From NCBI RefSeq assembly GCF_009914755.1, contig NC_060925.1: 64,000 nt of DNA; one strand, 5' to 3'. A model generated the notes under the pieces. That model was not told the DNA's origin. It made no database searches and saw only the letters and a list, made by a program, of their open reading frames with translations. The position numbers and the translations under genes were made by a program. Each line of letters starts with the position of its first letter. The first letter of the stretch is position 1. This DNA comes from the human T2T-CHM13v2.0 reference genome, Homo sapiens. Shown piece after piece: positions 1 through 13,575 of this stretch.

Positions 1-500
1 GCAATAAAATTTTGGAAGCTGCAAAGTGGATAGGCAAAGGATAATGAACTTGACAGATTTGAGAAATCTATGTGAGGAAAGCTAAAAGTCAACCTGATGT
101 ATACCACAGAATCCTCAAAATGCCCTGGCATTGGCAGCACAAAATATTTCTGGAAGTAGAAGTGAAAAGAAGTTGTCAAAATAAGGAGAACAGGTAGAAA
201 GCTGTTTCAGCAGCAGCAGCTCTCAAGCCTCCTCCATTCCAGCACCAGGCAGCGCCCATCCCCTATGCTGGCAAGAGACTGCAAGTTTACTGTCTGCAGA
301 GGGTGAACCTGGGGGCTCCCAGGTGCCATTGTGGCAGGTTCACTCTACCAGAACAGGGAGGCCAAACTCTGGAATTCCAAGTGCTTTTCCAACATTACAA
401 GACATTGAAAAAGAGCTCATGTGAAAAACAGAAAATAGAGACCAAAAGAAACAGAAAAAAGCAACTAAAAAAGTCTGAAGCTATGAAGAAGACCACTTTA
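1..500 (+). mobile_element. Probable very old L1 (L1M) 5'/ORF1-region fragment
   Basis: A-rich + strand with 'aattttggaagctg..aaag' resembling old L1M 5' sequence; heavily degraded. Confidence 0.3.
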
Positions 501-1844
501 TAACTAGGCCTCATTAGAAAGTGCCAGCAGTTCACATCCTTGGCTCCACTGGCCCTTCACTTGCCTCTCTGTGCCTGGGAAGACCAACAGCACACAGCCA
601 TGAATGTCAGTTTGAGGGGCCTTACACCATGTCTGTCCAATAGTTCTCACACTTACCTCTGGGAAGCCTGGGCTTCCAAGAGCCGTTCAAGGGCCATGGT
701 AAGGGGAGGAGAGAGACTGAGCAGGCAGGACTCCAGCTCCTGTCCTGCTTCAACCAATATGCTTTTTTTTGACTGGTTTTAAAATCAGAGTTTTTTGTAA
801 ATTCTTGTTTAAAAGGTAGTTCTCTTGTTTTTTAAAAAATTATTTTAAATGCTGTAAGTGACAGATCAAATTCAGGCCCTATTTTTGGAGATGAGGAGAC
901 CTAGGAGCTTGTTATGAGTCAGGCTCCTGCCCAGAGCTAATGCTGGCTGTGCAGTGGCCCCAGCAGATGCTGGGCCTGTCAGACAGCCAAGCAAAGTCCC
1001 TGGGCCAAGGCCATGAGCCCTCTCTCCCTAGAGACCAATGACCCTTCAGCCTGGAGGCTGGCCTCCTGCTGTCCTCTTCCTCCTGTTGATGCTCTAGGGA
1101 AGTCCCCCCAGCCCTGAGGCCTGACAGCCCTGCTGCTCTGCCCTCTCTGCCAGAGATACTCCCCAGCACCCCTGACAAAACCTGAGCCTGGCTGGTGCTG
1201 GAATATAAGACACTGGACATACCGGTTTTCCTGAAAAGGCAGAGAAAGGAAAGCCAAGGTCACACAGAAATGTTCTCCTTTCTAATAGGTTTGAGTCCCT
1301 GACACCGTCTGTGTCTTCACTGGACTCATGCCCCAGGACATATGGATTCCCCTCCCCTCTTCCACCTTCCCGATCTTCTTTCTTCCCCCCATTTTGAGAG
1401 CCCTCTAGAGACTGGGTGATACTGCTTGTTGGCTCTCCCTGAGGGATAATGCAAACTCAGCAACCCTTATCTTCACAATTCAGTCCAAGAACTGACTCAG
1501 CAGAGGATGCCTGTGACATGCTTGCAGAAACTGGAGTAATTTTTGACATGCTTGTAGAAACTGGAGTAATTGGCCATACTGTCACCCAGTCCCATCCTCC
1601 CCCAGCAGGCTTTGAGTACAGGGAGGGCAAATTTGTTGGTTAAATGATGTCTGTTTGGCATCATCGCCCAAGCCTCACACAACCCTGCAGAGATACAGGG
1701 GTATTTGATGATAAGACAGACACTTGGCTTGCTGCCCTCTGATGTACTCTCCACCTCAGGTCAGCAATAAAGTTTTTGGATCCCCTGCCTTGTTTCTGCC
1801 TTCTGGAAAAGAAAAAACAATACATGTACTGTTTAAGTCATTCT

Positions 1845-1971
1845 ACAACTAGAACGTAAGCTCCTTGAGGGTCCGTTTTTTGTGTGTGTTTTGTTCATAG
1901 CTATATCCCCAGTGCCTAAGATAGAGCCTGGCATAAAGGGGTATTCAATATACATAGATGAGTTGAATGAA
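1845..1971 (+). mobile_element. L2 LINE 3' end
   Basis: ctagaacgtaagctccttgaggg...tatatccccagtgcctaagatagagcctggca...gttgaatgaa matches the L2 3' terminus. Confidence 0.8.
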
Positions 1972-1981
1972 CCAATCTTTC

Positions 1982-2394
1982 TGCTATGGTTTGAATGTAT
2001 GTGTCCCTCCAAAGTCCATATTTTGGAATCTAATACCCAATTGACAGTATTAATAGGTTGGGTGTTTAAAAGGTGATTAAGTCATGAAGGGGAGTCCTCA
2101 GAAATTAGATTGATGCCCTTATAGAAGACATTAAAGGGAGCACCCTACTTCCTTTTTGCCCCTTCTGCCATGTGAGAGGAACAACAAGAAGGCACACGCC
2201 CTCATCAGACACTAAATCTGCTGGAGCCTTGATCTTGGACTTTGCAGCCTCCAGAACTGAGAGAAATAAATGTCTTTTCTTTTCTTTTCACCAAGTATAT
2301 TCCCAGACTTTAAGAAGAGAGAAATAAATTTCCTTTATTTATAAATTACCCAATTTGTGGTATTTTGTTAAAGCAGCAGGAATAAACTAAGACA
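1982..2394 (+). mobile_element. MaLR solo LTR (MLT1A/MSTD-like)
   Basis: Starts tgctatggtttgaatgt, ends actaagaca; internal gccttgatcttggacttt.cagcctccagaactg motif; 5-bp TSD ctttc/ctttt. Confidence 0.85.
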
Positions 2395-3811
2395 CTTTTT
2401 CTCTCTCACTCTCTCTTCCTGAAAGCCTTCCCCATAAAAGTCCTGGCCCACTCTCAGAGTGAAGTCCAAGTCATGGAGCAGGACACTTAAAGGACAGAGA
2501 ATCCTGCCATCTAAGTGGAGCAGGGAAGGAGAGAAGAGAGCGGTCCCCAAGATCCCTCCATGCTCTGTGATTAATGACTCCACCAAAGCAGCTCCCTTTA
2601 AGTTCCAGGACCATTTGCTAAGGGTGAATGACAATATGGTAATTTAGAAAGAAAATAAAATGATCAGAACCTTCAAGAGAGTTCCAGAGGGAGCTGAAGC
2701 AGGAGAATCCAAGCCTACCTCATAAATCAACCTCAGCTTCAGAGTATGTGGCCTCCGAACTGGAATCTGCCATGGTCTCCACAGATCCCTGCTATTCTCA
2801 CTTGCTTTACCAAGTAGCTGAGCACTGTGACATTAACCTCCAATATGCCAGCAGAAGTCTGTGAGGACACAGAGGTAGTGGTGGCTGTTAGCAGGGAGGG
2901 GCACTGGGTCTTCCTAGCCACCTTCTCCCAGTCCCCATCACATGAGTTGGCTTGCTCAGGAGGCAGTTCTCAGCATCACCTCTGCCCAACCACACTGGCA
3001 GAGCTCCTCGTGCACCCCACTCAAGCCCTTGGATCTATGCTGCATGGGAAGGTACACAACATCACCTGGGCAGAGAGAGTCCATGCAGTCCATGGAGCAC
3101 CCTGCAGCTAGCTCTTACCACCTCACCTGACCATATGCTCAGAAAGTTGTCTGAGTACCACTTTTCCTTTCCATTCTTTCATTTAAACATTTTTTTAAAA
3201 AATAAAATAGTTCAATTCTGTCAAATTCCTAAGGTTTGCCTTGCAGTAACAACAACAAAAAGTTAGCCCAATGAGGACAAAAGACAGTATTTCTTATACC
3301 CAAGCAATCCAGATCATTTGGTGGTTGGCAAGGAATTGGGGGAGGTTGGGAGGGAGTGGGCTGAAATGGGGCAGGGGAGCAGCAGTGGACACAAAGCAGA
3401 GTGAGAGACAGCCACCTGGACCATATCTTCCAGGAAGAGATCTGCAGTGTTTCAGAAGCAGCATAGGAAGCCTGTGCTCCTTCACATCTTCCATCTCCCC
3501 AGTAAAACCAGTAAGTCACCTTCCCATGCCCCAACCAGATGCTCCTAAGGTGTGAAGATTTTCTATGTTGTGAGTATGGATGATCCTGGAAAGAGCCTTA
3601 CCTTTAACTGGGACCAGCCAACACCAAGATTGTCAGTTAACACTTAAGAAGAAATGTGTTAACAGTCAGCAGCTAAGCACAGAGGACAGAGATGACATCA
3701 GAAGAAAATAAATGCATACAGGTAAGGGGTGTGAAAGATCCACCAGGGGCAAGCTGTCCCTCTTCAGAAGTCTGGCAGCACCTAATGTGTCACCTTTGGA
3801 GGATGCCATGG

Positions 3812-4130
3812 TTTCATTCCATCCATTCTCTACACACATTTACTAGTGTCTGCTATACACCAGGTGCTTTACTGAGCATTAGAAAGAAGGAGATGCGAAG
3901 ATCTGTCATTACCCTCAGAAAGCCATGATCAAGGAGGGAGGAGCACCAATGTAAACCACTAACTAAATAATAGAACAAAGTCAGTGCCAAAGGCTGTGAG
4001 AACAAGGAATGAAGAAATGATGAATTTTTAATGAAGTTTCAAATAACTTCACCATGGAGGTAGCATTTGAGGTGAAACTTGAGAGAAAAGAAAGTTTTAC
4101 AGGATATTATGGGCTGAGAACTGGGGAGCA
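3812..4130 (-). mobile_element. L2 fragment
   Basis: ttcattcatccattc...catttactagtgtctgctatacaccaggtgc...ggaggtagcatttgag, antisense L2 3' region. Confidence 0.65.
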
Positions 4131-4148
4131 AAGGGGCATTCAAAATGG

Positions 4149-4611
4149 TATGTTGGTTTCCTGGGGCTGCTGTAATAAATTATGTCAAGCCGCATGGCTT
4201 AAGACAACAGAAATTTATTTTCTCACATTTTAGGAGGCCAAAATCCAAAATCATGGTGTCAGTAGAGTTGATTTCTTCTGAAGGATAGGAGGAAGAACTG
4301 TCTCATGCCTCTCTCCTGGCTTCTGGTGGTTGCTGGCAGTCCTTGATGTTCCCTGGCTTGTAGATGCATCATCACTCCAATCTCCGCCTCCGTCTTCTCA
4401 TCATTGTCATCACCTTCTCTGTGTGTCTCTCTGTGTCCTCTCCTCTTCTTAGAAAGATGTATCTTTTGATTAGTTCCACCCTAAATCCAGGATGATTTCA
4501 TATTAAGATCCTGAACTAATTACATCTGCAAAGATCCTATTTCCAAATAAGGTCACAGCCAGAGGTTCTGGGTGGGTATGAATTTTGGAGGGACACATTT
4601 AACCTACTGCA
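4149..4611 (-). mobile_element. MaLR solo LTR (MLT1C/MLT1B-like)
   Basis: ggcttaagacaacagaaatttattttctcaca...taattacatctgcaaagatcctatttccaaataaggtcaca, reverse complement of MLT1 consensus. Confidence 0.85.
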
Positions 4612-5699
4612 GGTGGTAAGTAGATGCAGAAGAAATGGCTTGGCTTCTCATGAGGCATGTCATATTCAATTACATAAATGTTTGCTTCACCCATTTAGGA
4701 AACGTGGATCTGTTTCTAGATCCTGGCTGGACAAGGGCTGAAAGGTAGTAGTAATTCAGACCCTGAATCCCAATGTCCATCTTTTGATTGAGCTTGTAGA
4801 TGCCACCTTCAGGTGAAGGAAAGGGCAAGGTCAAAGCTCCAGGCAAGCCAGTGAATGAAAACTCCTCTTAAAGTCCTCAGTTTTCTGTTCATTCAAAGTT
4901 CAGGCTTCAATTTTTAACATTTTTAGAGTTTGCTAAGAAAACAAGTGATGCTTTCTCAAGTCTCTTCCCTCCCCTCTTCTCTCCTTACAACTGGGTACAG
5001 CGTGTTCTGAACAGAGAGGAGGCTTCAGTGAGGTATGAAATGAAACAAATCCGCAGGCAAACAGCAAAGAAAGCTGGTGTATTTTTAATATGCAGGCACC
5101 ATTTTGGGGATTGTAGAGAAAATTTTGCCTCTTCATATTGAAAACCCAATGCGCCGGAAAGGGAGCCAGAGGTGGGGGAGGAACTATACAGCTCTCTCCC
5201 TTCAGCACAGCCACTTCTTAAAGAAGCAATTGATTAAAGAGAAAGTGTGGGGAACCAACTGTTCACACTTGCCAAATATTTCTAAAGGCTTCAAAATCAC
5301 TCAAGGTGGTGAATTTTTTTTTCCCATAAAGTGTCTACAAAATCTGTCACCTCAACACCCAGTGTTTAAACAGGGCAGTGTCTTGAAAAATGACTTTGTT
5401 CTCTAGATCACTCACGGTGCTGGCCTGACACTGTTTCTATTTTCTGCTTCAGTGTGAAACCTGCTGCAAACAGCTGCACAAGAGCTCAACTCAACAACTG
5501 CCAGAAGCCAGGAAGAGTAGCCTTCACCCCCTCAGGCTGTCACTTTGGGCACCCCCTCTGTCCCCCATCCCCTGGTGCTCTATGACTAGAAGCAGTCCAA
5601 GGGCACATTGCCTCTTAGTTGGAACAATGTGAGCTAGAATTGTCTACTCCACAGAAGCCAAAGGGGAGTGGTAGAGCCTCAGAAGAACCGATCTGGGAG

Positions 5700-5785
5700 C
5701 AACTTGAGTGACCATCTAGTTTACACCCTTCTTTCTAGGGAGGAGGAAACTGAGGAACAGAGAAGGCAATAACTTGCTCAAGGGC
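5700..5785 (-). mobile_element. MIR fragment
   Basis: gaggaaactgaggaacagagaagg..aataacttgctcaagg MIR core, antisense. Confidence 0.65.
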
Positions 5786-5789
5786 TAAT

Positions 5790-6172
5790 GGGCATCTACC
5801 ATTTGTTTTGGCTGTTCAGCAACTTAACTCCTGCCTTTGGGCAATTCCCCACCTTAGGAGCCTTCGTGGGGAACCCATCTCCCACTATGGAAGCCAGAAA
5901 TGCCAGGTATTCACTTTCCATGCTATTTTTTTCTCCAGGGCAAAGACATTGGACATAACCTCTTGCCAACCAGACACTCCTGTCCCATGTTGTGACTGGT
6001 AGATGGTAACTCAATGAAAAGGCAATAGAGGAAGATTTTATCTCAAGGGTCATGATTTTTGGATGCTGTTCCTTCCTGGTTCAGTAAGCTACCCAATATC
6101 CTTTTAATCAATCTTTTATTTTTCTCCACAGTTGATTTATGTTGCTTGCAAATAAAAACCTTGGCTAATGCC
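5790..6172 (+). mobile_element. 5' LTR (LTR33-like, ERVL)
   Basis: tgttttggctgttcagca...gggcaattccccaccttag...ctcccactatggaagccagaaatgccagg; ends gttgcttgcaaataaaaaccttggctaatgc. Confidence 0.7.
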
Positions 6173-6664
6173 AAAATATTACCAAGAGTTGGGTAGAAAC
6201 AGACCCTCCAGAAATTAACAGGAATCCGAGATGGTTTGTTTCACATGCTTAGGGCTACACACAGTAAAAATTCAGCTTGGAGTAAAATATGGGACTCTGC
6301 CACAACACGGTAAATAGTGGCATACCATTAGGTTTCTACCTGTAGTCATCTGGAATTAAATACCTATTAAAGTCAAGGTTTAGGGTATGAAACAGTTGCC
6401 ACCATACAACAATATTAAAAGCATGAAAAAATCAAGGACTATAGGATAAACTGCTTTCTTCCAATAGTGCTAGGTGGATTTTTTAAAACAAAGAATAAAA
6501 ACACACAAATTCTTAAGTTCTCAAGTCAAGACACAAAATAAAAACTACAGATTTTCTACCTGTTGCTTGAAGAATCTCTTTTGTCTTACAGCCACAACCC
6601 TGAAATAGACAAAAATCAGACACAAAGTTTGATCCTACAGGTTGCTGAATTAGAAGATTAGTTT

Positions 6665-6978
<314 letters not shown>

Positions 6979-8024
6979 TAGAAGATTCGTTTAACATGTA
7001 GCCTTCCAAATTTTTGCTTAGGTGAAAATTAGAGCATAGAACGGGAAAGAGGTAGACCTAAGAATTGGAACAGAGATTTACGAGAGGATTCGGATGACTC
7101 AGGGCATGAATTTCTAGACTTTATTGATTCCTATCTCTCTTGTTAGCCAAATCAACTCCTCTTCCCTTCCTATGCAAGTATTCCCATCTCGCCTAAAAAT
7201 CCTGCAATGATCTAACCTGAGGGTATTATCTTGCAAAGGGAAGTTCATTCTCTTCATGTTCCACCTGCTCTACTCCTCATTGTCTCCTGTAACTAGGGTT
7301 AGATCTCAACATGTTCCTGGGAGTAGAGTGGGGTAGAGGATGAAGCTCATCCATATACAATATCTTAAGGGAAAACTTACAGACAAAAGTTTATGACTCT
7401 GATCATTGTATTAGTAGAGACCTGAGAAATATGTGAGGGAGTAGATTCTGAGGGTATTAGACCAACAAGGGAAAAGCATACTTTTAGATTAAGTTGAGTT
7501 TATTGATATGCTGATATGTGCAGTAATTCTGTATTTGATGCACTAGCTTGAGCATCTAGTTATTTTAATTGTTTGCTGGGTGAGTTGACAAAAACCTGGA
7601 CTCATTAGTGCTCCATGGTACAGTACATTAGTGCTCCAATGAGCCAAGATGCCAGAAATTACAAGCTATAATTTAGAGAAAGTAAATTCAAAGACCTAGG
7701 GAGAGAGCAATGTTAGAGCGGATTTATTACAAGTGCTTCCCCACCTCCTGTATCTCCCAAGAGGACCCAAAACACACTACCTTCATTAAGGCAATGGTAA
7801 ATACATTAGTGACAGTAGTGCCAACATCTTTATAAAAAGCATGGCTATTCTCTGTAAGCCAAGAATGCTAGTAGAAAGATGATATAGTTGGAAATGAGAT
7901 GCACGATTTCAATTTGTCTGGGAAAAATCACAAAGTAGCACAGGCCTGGGAAGAGCAGTAATTATCAGAGCTTGGCTACCAGAAGAGGCAGCTGACCAGC
8001 CTGATAATCAGAATGGGCTGACTC

Positions 8025-8607
8025 TGTGAAAGTTAATTTTAGGCATCAACTTGACTAAGGAATACCTAGAAATCTGGTAAGACATTATTTTGGGGTGTGT
8101 CTGTGAGAGTATTTCCAGAGGAAGTTAGCACATGAGTCTAAGTGGATTATAGGTGGGGAAGATCTGCACTCAATTTGTGCAGGCACCAGCCAATCTGCTG
8201 GGGACACAGAACAAAAACAGGTGGGAAAAAAGGTGAATATGTCAATCTATCTACTGAAACCAGGATACACTCTTCCTCTCCTGGACTTGGACAAAAACTC
8301 CAGGCTCCCTGGCCTTTAGACTCCAGGACTTACATCAGCGACCTCCTGGGTTCTCAGGCCTTTGGTTTCATACTGAGAATGGTGAGAGTTACTGAGAGTT
8401 ACAGCATTGGCTTCCTGGTTCTGAGGTCTTCAGATTTGGACTAAGCAACGCTACCAGAATCCCAGGGTCTTCAATTTACACATGGGCTGTCATAGAACTT
8501 CTCAGCCTCCATAATCATGTAAGTCAATTTCTCTAATAAATCCCTTCTCATATATCTATAGATATATCCTATTGGTTCTGTCTCTCCAGAGAACACTGAC
8601 TAATACA
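8025..8607 (+). mobile_element. MLT2B-like solo LTR (HERV-L LTR) nested in provirus
   Basis: tgtgaaagttaattttaggcatcaacttgact...cctattggttctgtctctccagagaacactgactaataca. Confidence 0.88.
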
Positions 8608-8748
8608 AGCCCATACGGATCTTTGGCATGGCAGCTCATGGAGTCCCAAGAGTAAAAGAGATGGACATATAAGTAAAGTCTTTATTTTGATTTAACAGGC
8701 CTGATGAATAGAGTCCTGACTTGTGTCTTCATGACTGAGAGTTGCAGT

Positions 8749-9165
8749 TGATAGCAGACCTTGTTCACTTACCATCCAATAAACTACTCACCAATACGTT
8801 TTCCTCCTTTCTAACAGAAGTCCAGTTGAGACTTCCAGGAGAGAATTCCTTCCTCCAAAACACAGACTCTAAGGAAGGAATAGTCTCTCATATGTTGGAC
8901 ATAATTTAACTGCATGTGGTCCCCACAGCCAGGGTGGAAGCCCACTTGCAACCACAGAGGGAAGCAAACCAAGACACTGGGAAGGGCAGAGCAAAGAAAT
9001 ATAAGGAGCCCAGGTCCTCAGTGATATTTTTGAGCTTTTGAATTAACCAGCTCTTGTACATCTTAGTCTGCACGCATTTCTTTATGCAATGTACATTTTC
9101 TTTAATTTTCAAGCCAGTTGAGTCAAGATTTTCTGTTATTGAAGCTTAAAATGTCCTACTGATAC
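8749..9165 (+). mobile_element. Old MaLR LTR (MLT1I/J/K-like) nested in provirus
   Basis: cttgcaaccacagagggaagc...ggcagagcaaagaaatataaggagcccaggtcctcagtgat...aagccagttgagtcaagattttctgtta...ctgatac. Confidence 0.65.
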
Positions 9166-9931
9166 TTGGCTCTTCATTCAATCCCTGTACCTCAGTTCAT
9201 TCAGATTCAGTTCTCCATGTAGGAAGAGGAAGATGAGTACCCTTCAGTAAGAACCCTGCAATTACATGGCAGCTATACCTTTAATCTTTCTCCCAGAAGT
9301 CTCCCAAAGAGTCCTGCAGCCATTTACCAGAGTATCTATGTCCTGGGGGAAAGTAAATATCCAGTGTCTTCCTGAAAATATCAGATACTGGCTGTAAGAA
9401 AATAGCAAAATCTGAAGACTCAGAACACTACTGTGGTGTGAGCAGGTACTAATGAGAGACAAGCAATAAATGAGGGTTTACCTAAGTCCACCTCATGGTA
9501 GGCCCAATTGGACCACAAGCCCAATTAGTGGGTGGGGTCCAATGGTGGAGGTCATTCTTTCTAAAATAAGACAACTTTCTGTACCTCTTACAATGAAGAG
9601 AAATGGCATAACATTGCAAGGATCTCCTTGGGCTTTGGAGGTAATGTATACCATATTTTGTTTACTGATCCAGTTCATTTTCCCTGAAACCAGCAAGGTT
9701 AACAACTTTGAGCAAAATTCAGAGGTAAAGAGGGCTCTCCAACTGGTTCAGGCTGTAATATAAGCACCTCTTCACTTGGCCCTTGTGATCCATAAGATCC
9801 AATGACATTTGAAGTACTTTTGGCAGCTCAGGGTACTATATGGAGTATGAAGTAAGGTTGAATAGGAGAATCATAGAATAAGCCTCTTAAGGTTTTGGAG
9901 AAAGCCAGATCTTCTTCAGCAAGTTACTACT

Positions 9932-9997
9932 GCATACATATATCAAAATTGTCCCCCATAAATACATACAATTATTATATGTCAATTTAAAAATAAT
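9932..9997 (+). mobile_element. Tiny L1M 3'-terminal fragment nested in ERVL pol
   Basis: catatatcaaaattgtaccccataaatacatacaattattatatgtcaatttaaaaataa interrupts otherwise colinear pol relic. Confidence 0.6.
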
Positions 9998-10348
9998 GAT
10001 TTTAAAAGAAATAGCTGTTAGCTTGCTACTAGGCCCTGGCTGAGAGTGAATGAGTGATCATCAGACACTAGATAATCATGCATCCTGGACTACTCATCCT
10101 GAACAGGGTATTATCGATCCACCTACTTATAAAATCAGGCAGGCTTAGCAGCACATCATTATCTATGGAAATGATACAAGCAGGTCAGGCTTAAGTAAGT
10201 CCTAATGGTACAAGTGAATTTCATAAGCTTATATTCCCAGTATGCCTGTTCCTAATGTGTTGCTACTCCTCACTCAACCCATTTCCATGGCTGAGGTACT
10301 GTCTTGAAGAATGAAGTATATTCTTTGAATCATCAAAATGCTGTTTCT

Positions 10349-10720
10349 GTTGAACTCATGGAGATAGAGAGTAGAAGGGTGGTTATGAGTGGCTGGGAAG
10401 GGTAGTGGCAGGGGGTGGAGGGAAAGTGGGGATGCTTAATAGATACAAAAAAATACACAGAATGAATAAAACCTAGTATTTGGTAGCACAACAGGGTGAA
10501 TATTGTCAATAATAATTTAATTGTATATTTAAAAATAGCTAAAAGAATATATATAATTGGATTGTTTCTAACACAAAGGATAAATGCTTGAGGGGATGGA
10601 TACTCCACTTACCATGATGTGATTATTATGTATTGCATTCCTGTATCAAAGTATCTCATGTACCCCATAAATATATACACCTATGTACCTACAAAAATTA
10701 AAAATTAAAAACAATAATAA
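10349..10720 (+). mobile_element. L1MA (L1MA1-3-like) 3' end nested in ERVL pol
   Basis: gaactcatggagatagagagtagaagg...gcacaacagggtga...aaggataaatgcttgaggggatggatac...A-rich tail; candidate TSD aat(g/a)ctgttt. Confidence 0.9.
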
Positions 10721-11716
10721 TACTGTTTTTTAGCTAGCCAGAAATCATGACTCCAGAAACCAAAGGGTGAAAGTGGGATGATACATCTAACTGCTACACT
10801 AAATGATGCATTAGTAAAGCTTTGGCTTCCAATCCTTATAACTCTGGATATTGCAGGCTTAGAAATTTTAGCATCCAAGGAAGAAGGCTTCTACTAGGAA
10901 ACACAACAACTAGTTCATTGAATTGCAAGCTGAGTCCAACCTAACCATTTACGGCTCCTATTCCCACTGAATGAATAGGCCCTCCCCCCAGAAAAGGATT
11001 ACTGGAGCAATTGCTGTAGATCATCAAGGGGAAATAGGATTGCTGCAATACACTGGGGCCACAAAAGAGTATGGATTGAACACAAGGGATCTCCTAGGGT
11101 GACCTATCTCCACTTCCAGTGGTAATGGCTGATGGAAGACCATTGCAACCTCACATAGATAAAACTACTAAGAGATCAAATCCCTCTAAAATGAATGTTG
11201 CATCGACCCACCAATTGTAAAAACTAGAACTGAGTACTGAGTGAAAATAAAGGAAACATGGACAAGTTAATCAAGAAGGAAATCTTAAATATCAACTGTA
11301 GCGAAAATATATCTATATTTCAACTAAGTGAAAACAAGGACAGGAGTACCTATGTGAATTATTTTCTATGTTGTATTATATAAATGTTTATGTATTTCAA
11401 CAAATGTTATGCTCCATTTTTTCCATTTGCCTCGTGTTTTCATGTAGGATATGTTCATTGTGATTAGGTTCACAATTTATTCTATAAATTACAGAATATT
11501 AATGCAAATACATGCCAGAGCTAGAGGATAAATAGATATCAACCACAGATCCTAAACTTGAAGCTAGATGCAGTATCTGATGAGAATCTAGAGAGAAGAT
11601 GAGCTGGCTTTGATTAAGCAGGAGATAACTGAATTCTATTAGGAAGAAAATTTTTCTTTCAGAAATATGAATATGGAAAGAATGGGGTGCATTGATGATT
11701 TGGAAAAGGGGTGGAC

Positions 11717-12169
11717 TATAGAGAATGTCGGTCATTGTTTTTTGGCTCGCTTTCTACATTTGGAAAAATCACCATCTTACAAGTCTGCCTCCCATTATAA
11801 CAGCTTGAAATGACAGATATTTACTTTCCTAGATTCCCTTGTAGCTAGGATGCAGACACTTGCCCTAGAGTTGTCCAATCAGAAGCTCCACCCTCGACAC
11901 TGAATCAGAAGCTAGTGATGCAAAGAAGCAAGGATAGTAAAGGATTCTCTGTCACTCTGGCATCACAACCGAACACAGTTGAACTTGTGGCATAACCATG
12001 GAGGGATGCTGATGGCGGCAAATTTAGGAACATGTTTCTGTCTGAGTAGCTCTGATCATAGTATTTCAGCCGTTCTGATGATTCAATATCCTTTAGATAA
12101 ATTACTATACAGATCAAATTAGCAAAAGCTGATCTTGTTTTGCTTAAGTCAAGAACTGTGATTGATACA
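11717..12169 (+). mobile_element. 3' LTR (LTR33-like, ERVL)
   Basis: Follows PPT; cccttgtagctagg...ccaatcagaagc...gaatcagaagctagtgatgcaaagaagcaagg; ends tgattgataca. Confidence 0.75.
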
Positions 12170-12204
12170 CAAAGTCACAGGGTAAGTTGGTGACTGTGCT
12201 CTCA

Positions 12205-12672
12205 TGAATCAATTATCTATTGCTGCATAACGAACCATCCCAAAACTAGTGACTAAAAAACATTAACGATTTATTGTCCCTCATTATTCTGTGGATTAAC
12301 TAGATGGTTCTTCCAGTCTTGCCTGAGCTCACTGTGGCTTCATTAACCTGATGGGTTGGCTGGGTCCCTCTCTCCATGTGTTCTTCCATCCTCAAGGGGA
12401 CTAAATCAGGATTTTTCACAGCATGATGGTCTCAGGGTGCCCAGTGGATGAGACCTGATACTTCAGGGCCTTTTGAAATGAAAGCTTAGAAGCCAGATGT
12501 GCGAGTTCCACCACATTTTATTGGTCAAATCAAGTCACAAAGCTATCCCAGATTCAAGGGGAGGGAAAATTGACTCTATTTGTCTATGGGAGGAGACAAA
12601 ATCTCATTGCAAAAAAGCATGCACACAAAGATGGGAGAAAATACTGGGGTCATCTTTGCAAATAATTTGTTA
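12205..12672 (-). mobile_element. MaLR solo LTR (MLT1H/G-like)
   Basis: tatctattgctgcataacgaaccatcccaaaact...ccacattttattggtcaaatcaagtcacaaag..cccagattcaaggggaggga. Confidence 0.8.
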
Positions 12673-13369
12673 CTTGTGGAATCATATAACTGAAACATAC
12701 AGAATCCACCACATCAGTATCTAAGTGCTCCAACATTGTCAGAATTGTCTCTCTCTTTATCTCCACACTTGACTGGACAGTGACCAGCAGCTCTGACGGG
12801 GATGACAGGGCCCTTACTGACAATGACCGTGGAGTAGCTTCATCAAAACCTCATGGAAGAAGTTCCCCACAGGAAAGGAGGATTCTGTTTACTCAAAGGA
12901 GAAAGGGGTGCAGGAGAGACAGTGTCAGAGGCAAGCCTAGAATTCAGATGTCATGTCTCCTGGGCCTGGTCTCTTTCCACTCTAGTGGTTATCAATAACT
13001 GCTTCACATTTCCAGATGAAAAGAAAAAAATGGATGTGGGGAGTTAGTTTTCTTCATATCCTGGAAATTCTGCCCCAACTGTTTGGCATTGGAAGGATTT
13101 GCCCTCCTCTATTTAGGGGAGTGTTCCATCATAAGAGAACCTGGTTCCAAGAACCAACTTGGAAAATCAAGTTGGACCAGTGATGTGTTTCCCCCGGCAA
13201 GTCATTCATATCCTCCAGATAGTCTGTTTTCTCCTCTATACAGAAAGTCTATAGACTGGGCAATTGGAAGGAAGACACTCCCACCTGCATTACTTATATC
13301 AACATGGAGTTAGCCTCTTTAAACACTGAGACAAAGTTTGAGCATCTACACTTCTCCTCTCTGAACTCA

Positions 13370-13575
13370 TGCTTTGGAGACAGGCAAATTTAGGTGTAAT
13401 CCAACTCTCCATTTACTTGGCTTGATTACCTTAGGCAAGCCACTCCATCCCTCTGAGCCTCAGCACACTCAGCTGTAAGATGAGTTGACACTCCCTACCT
13501 CATAGGGGAATTGTGAGGATTAACTGAGGAAACGTATGCATATTGCCTATCACAGAGCATGTCACTGGCAGATAT
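13370..13575 (+). mobile_element. MIR
   Basis: accttaggcaagccact...ctctgagcctcag...ctacctcatagggg..ttgtgaggattaa. Confidence 0.8.

Noticed and set aside
2660-3270. Possible processed pseudogene (coding-like composition, several overlapping ORFs, aaaataaaat on both sides)
   Set aside because: No frame gives a protein I recognise, there is no clear poly(A) tail and the TSD is weak. It may be an old unrecognised repeat; blastx/Dfam would decide.
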